From assembly GCA_038087875.1 (NCBI GenBank), contig CM075996.1, positions 3,970,001-4,034,000 of the forward strand: 64,000 bases of DNA, written 5' to 3'. Origin of the DNA: Malacoraja senta (Eukaryota). The stretch's first letter is position 1, and each line of letters opens with the position of its first letter. A program made the position numbers and the translations under genes. The notes beneath the pieces were generated by a model. The model had not been told where the DNA came from. It made no database searches and worked only from the letters and a program-made list of their open reading frames with translations. Below are positions 12,265-23,400 of this stretch, one piece after another.

Positions 12265-12960
12265 AAGTCAAGTCAAGTCACATTTATTTATATAGCACAT
12301 TTAAAAAACAACTCTCGTTGGCCAAAGTGCTTTACATTTGTTATAAGAATAGCACAAACAAAACAAACTACATACATATATACATGTAGCCCTCACTCAG
12401 AGGACGTCAGGAAAGGCTTGGGAGTATAGATAAGTCATTAGTCTTGACTTAAAAGAGTCGATGGAGGGGGAAGTTCTGATGGGAAAGGGGATGCTGTTCC
12501 ACAGTCTAGGGGCTGCAACCGCAAAGGTGCGGTCGCCCCTGAGCTTATGCCTAGACCGTGGGATATTCAGCAACCCCAAGTCGGCCGATCTGAGGGGCCT
12601 GGAGGTGGAGTGGTGGGTGAGAAGACTTTTTATGTAGGTGGGGGCAAGCCCATTGAGGGCTTTTGTAGACATGGAGGAGGATCTTGAAGTTTATTCGGAC
12701 CGCACAGGGAGCCAGTGGAGAGGGGCCAGGATCGGGGTGATGTGGTCCCTTTTTCGGGTGCCCGTCAGGAGTTTCGTTGCAGCGTTTTGGACCAGTTGCA
12801 GGCAGGACAGGGAAGATTGGCTGATGCCAGTGTAAAGGGAGTTGCAGTAATCGAGGCGGGAGGTGATGAATGTGTGGATGATTTTTTCCAGGTCATCAAA
12901 CTGGAGGAATTGTTTTATTTTAGCTATCGTCCGAAGCTGAAAGAAGCTAGCTTTTACCAC
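12265..12960 (-). mobile_element. L2 LINE 3' fragment, same family as 9887-10532
   Basis: Near-identical sequence and the same (TTGAC)n tail. Confidence 0.92.
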
Positions 12961-14829
12961 TCTCTAACCTCCCCACCCCTCTGGCCCTCTCTCTCAAGGC
13001 CATTGCAGCTTTCCCCAGCCAACCGTTAGATCCCACCGAAGATCGACACAAGATGGTGGAGTAACTCAGCGGGACAGGCAGCGTCACTGGAGAGAAGGAA
13101 TGGGTGGTGTGGCGGGTTGGGGCCCTTCTTCAGACTGAAAGGACTGGACATGCTGGATGCAGGAAAAATGTTCCCAATGTTGGGTGAGTCCAGAACCAGG
13201 GGCCACAGTCTTAGAATAAATGGGAAGCCATTTAAGACTGAGGTGAGAAATAACTTTTTCACCCAGAGAGTTGTGAATTTGTGGAATTCCCTGCCACAGA
13301 GGGCAGTGGAGGCCAAGTCACTGGATGGATTTAAGAGGGAGTTAGATAGAGCTCTAGGGGCTGGTGGAATCAAGGGATATGGGGAGAAGGCAGGCACGGG
13401 TTATTGATAGGGGACGATCAGCCATGATCACAATGAATGGCGGTGCTGGTTTGAAGGGCCGAATGGCCTCCTCCTGCACCTATTTTCTATGTTTCTATGA
13501 GAGTCGGGGGAGAGGGGGGAGTAGAGACATGGAAGGGTAAGGTGTGAAAACGACAGATCAAAGCAGATGACGATGAAGGAAATGTAGAGTGAGTGGTTCA
13601 GTGTTGGCTGAGGGGCGGGTGCCAGGGAGGGGGAGTGCAAAGTGGGGTAAAAATAGTCTTTAAAAATATGACTAAGCTCCACAAGTGGCCTATTTTGTTC
13701 TGAAGCCTAAACTCCTCGAATTCCCAACAACCTGTCTTTTCCTCCTGTTACCACTTCCTCCCGGAACCACTTGCAATGCAGAGCAACATTCCAAGAGCCT
13801 TTATTTTGAACTTGCATGTTTGCATTCCATGTTACAATAGACAATAGACAATAGGTGCAGGAGTAGGCCATTCGGCCCTTCCAGCCAGCACCGCCATTCA
13901 ATGTGATCATGGCTGATCATCCCCAATCAGTACCCCGTTCCTGCCTTCTCCCCATATCCCCTGACTCCGCTATTTTTAAGAGCCCTATCCAGCTCTCTCT
14001 TGAAAGCATCCAGAGAACCGGCCTCCACCGCCCTCTGAGGCAGAGAATTCCACAGACTCACCACCCTCTGTGAGAAAAAGTGTTTCCTCGTCTCCGTTCT
14101 AAATGGCTTACTCCTTATTCTTAAACTGTGTGGCCCCTGGTTACATACACTAAGAACCCCGAGATCCCCACACCGTCACGACATTTTGTAGTCGCGCTCC
14201 ATTTAAATAACAACTTCCCTTTTCCGTTCTCCCTTCCAAATGGATAACCTGTTCTCATATTAGACTCCATCTTCCCATGTTTTGCCACAATCCCGGACGG
14301 TGGCGCAGCGGTAGAGTCACTGCCTTACACCGCTTACAGCGCCAGAGACCCGGGTTCGATCCTGGCCACGGGTGCTTGTCCGTACGTTCTCCCCGTGACC
14401 CGCGCGAGTTTTCTCCGGTTTCCTCCCACTTCAGAAAACTTACAGATTTGTATTTTAATTGCTATAAACGTAAAATTTATTGTCCCCTAGTGTGTGTGAA
14501 GGGCGGTGTTAATGTGCGGGGACCGATCCGGTGGGCCGAAGGGCCTGTTTCCGTGCTGTATCTCTAAACTATACCAAGCGAAACCTACCTATGAATGCAA
14601 TAGATAAGTGAGCTCATATAATGAGCATGTTTTTCTGTACTTTTTGCCTCTGTCTTTCAATATTTGAATATTACAAAACACTTGGCAGCCGCTGAAGTAT
14701 TTGTGAAGTGTCAATTGGGTGTGCCCGCGTCATTTGGGTGTGCCCGTACGCAGTTGTGAGAGAGGAGCTGATTTGCATTACACATGCGGCCTTGTCATTG
14801 TTTCGGAGTTGGGAACGCCTGTTTATAAG

Positions 14830-15058
14830 TTCCGTTCTTACCTTTCCAACCGATCCCACTTCATCTCTCTCCATAACCACAACCTCTGCCACAGCCACTG
14901 TCACTCAAGGCGTTCCCCAAGGCTCCGTTCTTGATCCCCTCCTCTTCATCATCTACATCCTCCCCCTTGGTCATATACTCCGTCACTTCAACCTGGACTT
15001 CCACTGCTATGCTGATGACACCCAGATCTATCTCAGCACCAAGTCCCCCCCCACCACC
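14830..15058 (+). mobile_element. L2 reverse-transcriptase fragment running into the gap
   Basis: [14 protein letters not shown]...YADDTQIY. Confidence 0.9.
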
Positions 15059-15258
15059 NNNNNNNNNNNNNNNNNNNNNNNNNNNNNNNNNNNNNNNNNN
15101 NNNNNNNNNNNNNNNNNNNNNNNNNNNNNNNNNNNNNNNNNNNNNNNNNNNNNNNNNNNNNNNNNNNNNNNNNNNNNNNNNNNNNNNNNNNNNNNNNNNN
15201 NNNNNNNNNNNNNNNNNNNNNNNNNNNNNNNNNNNNNNNNNNNNNNNNNNNNNNNNNN
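15059..15258. other. Assembly gap (200 N)
   Basis: Run of n. Confidence 1.
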
Positions 15259-15616
15259 TGGTTCCCCCCCTCCACGGGTACCATGTAATCCCGTGCTACC
15301 TGCTCCATGGTCGGACAGTCGGCGACTAAACCGTCTCCTCTACCTGGTTTGCCAGGTGAGGAGGGGGCTGTGGACCCCCAGCAGGACCAAAAACAAGACA
15401 TGTCAAAGGGCGGGTGAGCTTCTAGCGAGCCGACGGCCATCCACACTTCAGTAGAAGTTGCGATCACTGTCGTACATGGCATTGTAAGGAATGGTGATAG
15501 AGCACACACACACACACCAAAATCCTATGCTTCCAGCGGCGGAAGTCCGCAGGAACTGGAGGACGGAGATGTGTGGTGCATCGGTCACACGATGATGAAT
15601 GAATGAATCTCTTATG

Positions 15617-15935
15617 GGTGGCCACGGTGGCGCAGCGGTAGAGTTGCTGCCTTACAGCTGCTTGCAGCGCCAGAGACCCGGGTTCGATCCCGACTACGGG
15701 TGCTGTGTGTACGGAGTTTGTACCTCCTCCCCGTGACCGTGTGGGTTTTCTCCGAGATCTTCGGTTTCCTCCCGCACTCCAAAGACGTGCAGGTTTGTAG
15801 TTTAATTGGCTTGGTGTGTGTGTGTGTAAATTGTCCTTAGTGTGTGTAGGATAGTGTTAGTGTGCGGGGATCGCTGGTCGGTGTGGACTCGGTCGGCCGA
15901 AGGGCCTGTTTCTGCGCTGTATCTCTCAACTAAAC
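15617..15935 (+). mobile_element. HE1-like SINE, full length (representative; further copies at about 7667-7963(-), 8572-8860(-), 14297-14570, 17598-17925, 32070-32390, 46740-47030(-), 60415-60712(-))
   Basis: A box TGGCGCAGCGG, B box GGTTCGATCC, central conserved domain, CR1-derived 3' tail. Confidence 0.88.
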
Positions 15936-16689
15936 CTCACCTCACCTCACCTCACCTCAAAAAGACACATCAGATTTGCCAAGCATGTTTCCCTCTTTAA
16001 AAATCAATATTTTCACTGCCCAAATCAAAAACTGAAAACGCTCGCGATATTCGGCAAAGCATCCGTGGAGTCCGAAAAAGAGATTGGGAAAAAAGACAAT
16101 GAACTGAAAATTGAGAAAAATTAATATATTTTCAATAGCAAAATAGGGGGTGAAAATAATGGAGTTTCTGCGATAAGATTGAGTCCAAAGTTGATTTCTT
16201 TAGATGCTGTGGGAGAGAAGGAAATGAACGCTAGTTAATCATTGCTGATCTTCCTGAAGAAATGTAAATAGAGGAAGAACAAAACTATGACTCGACAGGG
16301 CTTGTTTCCGCGTTGTATCTCAGAACACTCAAGCACTTTAGCCACTGAGTTGCTCCAGCACTTTGTGTCTTTTTTGTTGTTGCAAACCAGCACTTACAGT
16401 TCTTTGTTTCTCCTGGGGGAAATTGGAGTAGGGAGGGTGGGAGATGAGTCGAAGGAGGAGGGAAAGGATCAGCGTGAGGAGATAGTGGGTGATGTTTGGA
16501 CTGCAATGTTCATCATCGTCATAAGGTCATAACTGATGGGAGCAGAATTAACCCATTCGGCCCATCAAGTCTACTCCGCCATTCAATCATGGCTGATCTA
16601 TCTCTCCCTCCTAACCCCATTTTCCTGCCTTCTCCCACAGGTTTGTTGGTTAATAATTGGCTTTGGCAGAATTGTAAATTGTCCCTCTC

Positions 16690-17148
<459 letters not shown>

Positions 17149-17444
17149 AGGATAGTGTTAGTGTGCGGGGATCGCTGGGCGGGGTGGACTTGGTGGGCCG
17201 AAGGGCCTGTTTCCACGCTGTATCTCTAAACTAAAAAACGAAACTAAAAATCTTTAAAACTAAAGTAAAAATTCTAACCATAGACGCTGCCTCACCCGCT
17301 GAGTTTCTCCAGCATTTTTGTCTATCTTCGATTTTTCCAGCATCTGCAGTTCTTTCTTGAACTAAACTCAAATTCTCTTTTGATATGATATCGAGGATCA
17401 TTATAGAATTATCTTACTAATGATGTTTCTATCTTCATCCACAG

Positions 17445-17472
17445 GAAATTGTTTGCAGTGAAAATGGCACAG
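17445..17472 (+). CDS. PTPRH-like micro-exon (probable exon 2, end of signal peptide): EIVCSENGT+G
   Basis: Branch-like TACTAAT, acceptor catccacag, donor AG|GTAGGA. Phase 0 to 1 joins the first FN3 exon (G|AT = Asp). PTPRJ and PTPRH have a similar small exon 2. Confidence 0.65.
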
Positions 17473-20400
17473 GTAGGATCAACAGTTCTTAAATCCAATG
17501 AATTCCTATGAATCCAATTCTATGTACTGGACTGTGCAGCTGAGTTTAAAATAGAGATTGTCGGAAAGGGAATTAGAGTCATCATTTCAGGCATTTGGGT
17601 GGCACGGTGGCGCAGCGGTAGAGTTGTTGCCTGACAGCGCTTACAGCGCCAGAGACCCGGGTTCGATCCTGGCTACAGGTGCTTGTCTGCACGGAGTTTG
17701 TACCTTCTCCCCGTGACCCGCGTGGGTTTTCTCCGAGAAATTCGGTTTCCTCCCACACTCCTAAGACGCACAGATTTGTGGGTTAATCGGCTTGGTATAT
17801 ATGTTTCAAAAAATCGTCCCTCGTGTGTGTAGGTTAGTGTTAATGTGCGGGGATCGCTGGTCGGTGCGGACACGGTGGGCCGAAGGGCCTGTTTCCTCGC
17901 TGTATCTCTGAACTAAACTATAACTAAACAGATGGCACTTCATCAGAACCGAGAAACACTTTAACTCAAACACACACATTAAGTTGCAGAGAAGTGGAAA
18001 AGGGTGGTGAGAAGGAGAGTAATACCTGAAGATAGACTCAAAAAGCTGGAGTAACTCAGTGGGACAGGCAGCATCTCTGGAGAGAAGGAATGGGCGACGT
18101 TTCGGGTTGAGACCCTTCTTCAGACCAAAGATCCTATAGCGGAGCAAGATGGACCACTCCTGCTAAATGCAATGGCTGACGTGTAGTACGCAACGGAGCA
18201 GAACGTGGGCCTTTTTTTCATCCATTTCCGTAACCCGACCCGACCCGACCCGCAGTGTGATCAACGTTGCGGGGAACAGTTAGCGTTAATAAATTTAAAT
18301 CTGAAACTGAGGAGAAGATTTTTACCAAATACTTTTATTTTTTACGAGGATGTTTCCGTAACCGGCTTCCGTCTCCGCACTATTATCCTATGGGATCTTT
18401 GGTGCGGAGACGGAAGCCGGTTACGGAAATGGGGCCTTAAAATTACCCATGAATCTGCCCATGACCGTACTACGTCTTTTTCGTCGAGTGGACCACCTTG
18501 CTCGCTATTGGGTCTTTGCTTCAGACTGGTGATGGATAAGGGAAACAAGAGATATAGACGATGATGTGGGGAGATAAAGAACAATGAATGAAAGATATGC
18601 AAAAAAAGTAAAGATGATAAAGGAAACAGGCCATTGTTCGCTGTTTGTGGGGTGAAAATGAGAAGCTGGTGCGACTTGGGTGGGGGAGGGATAGAGAGAG
18701 AGGGAATGCGGGGGCGACCTGAAGTGGGAGAAATCAATATTCATACCACTGTTCCTCCAATTTGCATTTAGCCTCACACTGGCAATGGAGGAGGCCTCGG
18801 GCAGAAAGGTGTAATATCTGTCTTCACAGTGGTTTATCAATTGGCTGCAGTTAGGCTGATGATAATTGTGTGAGAGGCGATGAGTGCAGGGAATAAGGTT
18901 GGGTGAACCAGGATTATGAACCATGTGAATAGATCTCAATGAAAAGTAGAAAGTTCTGATAAGGTATTGGAAGTAGGGAGGTTGTTTCCCCCTAACAGGG
19001 TTGTACAGAAACATGTTACAGTCACCAAATACGGAGGACATTTAACTGTGAGATATGGAGCATGGGAGACACACCAGCGTAATTCTTCATCACAGAAGGT
19101 AGTATAGTTTAGTTTAGTTTAGAGATACAGCGCAGAAACAGGCCCTTCGGCCCACCGAGTCCGTGCCGACCAGCGATCCCCGCACATTAACACTATCCTA
19201 CACACACACACACTAGGGACGATATTTACATTTATACCAAGCCAATTTACCTACACGCCTGCACGTCTTTGGAGTGTGGGAGGAAACTGAAGATCTCGGA
19301 GAAAACCCACGCAGGTTACGGGGAGAACGTACAAACTCCGTACAGACAGCACCCGTAGTGGGGATCGAACCCGGGTCTCCTTTGATATGAATCTGAACGG
19401 GTAACTTTTTCACACAAACGGTAGTGGGTGTATGGAACAAGCTGCCAGAGGGGATAGTTGAGGCTGGGACTATCCCAACGTTTAAGAAACAGTTAGACAG
19501 ATACATGGATAGGACAAGTTTGGAGGGATATGGGCCAAGCGCAGGCAGGTGGGACTAGTGTAGCTGGGACATGTTGGCTGGTATGGGCAAGTTGGGCCGA
19601 AGGGCCTGTTTCCACTCTGTATCACTCTATGACTGTAGGATGGAGGGGTGAGGGGGAAGTTGGTAATCTAAACACCCATTTTAGGCAGCGTGGATAAGAT
19701 GGATCGTCCATAAATTTGCTTCTAGTCCATAAATTCCATAAATCTCAGTAGCCCCATGACCTATGAAAGAGTAAACAGAGCAGGAAGAAGACTAACTAAA
19801 AAAACACTTGTTGGAAAGAAAGGGTATTTTTCAATGCATTGACTTGACATCTAAGCTGATAATTATGTAAATATGAGTGAGCTTGGAGGAAATCATAACA
19901 TCTGAAATGTGGCCAACTCACCTTTGTCCCTGGATGACATTCCACGGATTTCCCATTCTGTTTTTCTTTCCTTATTGCACCACGGAAGGCCATTTAGTGA
20001 ATGCTTCATCTCTCAGCCACACAATTCCATCGCTCCATTTCCCCCTAAGCTCCTGCAATGTATGCTTCCCCACGGGCCCGTCGACATTCCCCTTCCATTC
20101 TTTCTCCACTTACCCAGGTTAAGGAGTAATGTACAGTGACCAGTTGACATCCCAATGCATCTTTAGGGTTGTGCAGGCAAATCAGGGCACCAAGCGGAGA
20201 CTTCATCACAGAGGTCACAAGTTCATGGTGATAGGAGCAGAATTAGGCCATTCGGCCCATCGAGTCTACTCCGCCATTCAATGATGGCTGATCTATCTCT
20301 CCCTCCCTCCCAACCCCATTCTCCTGCCTTCTCCCCATAACCCCTAATCAAGAATCTATCTATCTCTGCCTTAAATATATCCACTGGCTTGGCCTCCACA

Positions 20401-23400
20401 GCCTTCTGTGGCAAAGAATTCCACAGATTCGCCACCCGCTGACTAAAGAAATTCCTCCTCATCTCCTTCCTAAAAGCTTGAAAGAGTTCAGAAAAGATTT
20501 ACGCGGATGTTCAAGATTCAAGTGAGTTTATTGTCATGTGTCCCTGATAGGACAATGAAATTCTTGCTTTGCTTCAGCACAACAGAACATAGTAGGCATT
20601 GACTACAAAACAGATCAGTGTGTCCATATACCATTATATAAATATATACACACATGAATAAATAAACTGATCAAGTGCAAATAAACAGATAATTGGCTAT
20701 TAATGTTCAGAGTTTAGATGTTGCCTGGACTAGAGGGTGTGAGCTCCAGGGATAGTATGAGCAGGCTGTGTCTCTATTCCATGGAGCCTAGGAGGATGAG
20801 GGGAGATCTTATAGAGGTATACAAAATCATGAGGGGAATAGATCAGGTAGACGCACAGAGTCTATTACCCAGAGTAGGGGAATCGAGGACCAGAGGACAT
20901 ATGTTTGAGGTGAAGGGGAAAAGATTTAATAGGAATCAGAGGGGTAATGTTTTCACACAGAGGGTGGTGAGTGTATGGAACGAGTTGCCAGAGGAGGTAG
21001 ATGAGGCAGGGACTATCCCATCATGTAAGAAACAGTTGGGCAGGTACATGGATAGGACAGGATTGGAGGGTTATGGACCAAGCGCAGGCAGGTGGGCATC
21101 GTGTCGCTGGGACACTGTTGGCCGGTGTGGGCGAGTTGGGCCGAAGGGCCTGTTTCCACAATGTATCACTCTGACTCTCTTGTAACAGATCCCTCTCCAG
21201 TGACTGGACTGTCTGTGGTGAACAGGACAACAGAGTCGTTAACGATTGAATGGACGTTACCGAATTATACAATAGCCTCTAATTACACCTACAATGTAAC
21301 GGTCACTAATGTTGCTGGCGGTGATAGTTGGACCAACATCACGAGTAAAGGCGAGACAGCATTCACAGCGACAGGGCTGCAACCTGGGGATCAATACCTG
21401 CTGTCGGTGCAGTCAGTCACACCTAAGGACACACTGAGCTCACCTGTGGAGGTGAACGGCACCACAAGTAAGTAACTCCTGAAGAGACAGTAACTGCTCC
21501 AATGCCTCCCTCAGTACCGGCTCCAGCACCAGACACAGGCGGCACTTACATAATCCTGACTGCAGTGGTCCCTATTTATTTAGTTTGGCAGTTGTGAATA
21601 AAAATAATATTTCACCCTTGCTTTCCTGCATCAATAATGAACAGAAACGCATGGCATTTCAAGTTTGTACCTTCTCCCCGTGACCTGCGTGGGTTTTCTC
21701 CGAGATCTCCGGTTTCCTCCCACACTCCTAAAACATAGAGGTTTGTAGGTTAATTGACTACTTGGTAAAATTGTCCCTGGTGTGTGTAGATGGTGTTACT
21801 GTGCGGAGACGGCTGGTCGGCGCGGACACGGTGGGCCGAAGGGCCTGTTTCCGCGCTGTATCTCTAAACTAAAATAATGAGTAAGTAACTCCTGAAGAGA
21901 CAGTTGCTGCTCCAACACCTCTTTCATTTCCACGCCCATTGCAAGAGATATTTGCATCAACCTGACCATAGAAGTTTGCATTTGCCAGGCAGTAGTTTGA
22001 CTGTTCTGCATGAAGATTGTTAAGGGCTTGGACACGCTAGAGGCAGGAAACATGTTCCCGATGTTGGGGGAGTCCAGAACCAGGGGCCACACAGTTTAAG
22101 AATAAGGAGTAAGCCATTTAGAACGGAGACGAGGAAACACTTTTTCTCACAGACTGAGTGGTGAGTCTGTGGAATTCTCTGCCTCAGAGGGCGGTGGAGG
22201 CCGGTTCTCTGGATGCTTTCAAGAGAGAGCTAGATAGGGCTCTTAAAAATAGTGGAGTCAGGGGATATGGGGAGAAGGCAGGAACGGGGTACTGATTGGG
22301 GATGATCAGCCGTGATTAAATTGAATGGCGGTGCTGGCTCCTTGAAAGGCTGAATGGCCTACTCCTGCACCGATTGTCTATTGTCTATTGTCTATTGAAA
22401 CCAGCATTTCATTCAGCATTAAGATCCAGAGCCATTTTTAACAGAGTCTAAGTTCAAAAGCACACTCATGTAGAGCTGCAGTCGCCCAGTGCACCCAGTT
22501 GCACTCAGACACACAATGCTGGAGTAACTCAGCAGGTCAGGCAGCTTCTCCGGAGACAAGGAATAGGTGACATTCCAGACCCGACCCGAAACATCACCCA
22601 TTCACTCATTCCTTCTCTCCAGTGATGCTGCCCGTCCCGCTGAGTTACTCCAGCTTTTTGTGTCTATCTTCGGTTTAAACCAGCATCTGCAGTTCCTTCC
22701 TACACATGTTGCTTTGAATCATTTTCATTGTTTTTTAATAAGGTGGTATGTTTTATTCCTCACTGATGGCGGAGTCGCTGATAATCCAGACCAGTCAGTC
22801 AATGTTCACCACACAGGTAGTGCTGGACACACAGCTCAAGGGCACTCGAGATTCACGGGTGTCTCACACAATCTAACCCCTCCCTCTGCCTCTCTCGTAA
22901 CAGATCCCTCTCCAGTGACTGGACTGTCTGTGGTGAACGGGACAACAGAGTCGTTAAGGATTGAATGGACGACACCAAACGATACAAGAGCCTCTATTTA
23001 CACCTACAATGTTACAGTCACTAATGTTACTGGCGGTGTTAGTTGGACCGATATCACGAGTAAAGGCGAGACAGCATTCACAGCGACAGGGCTGCAACCT
23101 GGGGATCAATACCTGCTGTCGGTGCAGTCAGTCACACCTGAGGACACACTGAGCTCACCTGAGCAGGTGACAAACACCACAAGTAAGTAACTCCTGAAGA
23201 GACAGTAACTGCTCCAATGCCTCCCTCAGTTTCTATAGACAATAGACAATAGGTGAAGGAGTAGGCCAATCGGCCCTTCGAGCCAGCACCGCCATTCAAT
23301 GTGATCATGGCTGATCATCCCCAATCAGTACCCCGTTCCTGCCTTCTCCCCATATCCCCTTGACTCCGCTATTTTAAGAGCCCCATCTAGCTCTCTCTTG

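Noticed and set aside
15260..15355. RLNRLLYLVCQ|GTGAGG as the phosphatase signal-peptide exon
   Set aside because: Phase and donor fit, but no in-frame ATG is visible, the hydrophobic core is short, and the sequence looks repeat-derived. Not fully excluded because of the gap.
15617..15700. tRNA gene
   Set aside because: A and B boxes belong to the SINE head and continue into the SINE body; many decayed copies are present.
22961..23152. Recurrent 63-aa ORF MNGRH...HLRTH in the FN3 copies
   Set aside because: Alternative frame of the FN3 exon beginning at a non-ATG (TTG) codon; it recurs only because the exons are near-identical.
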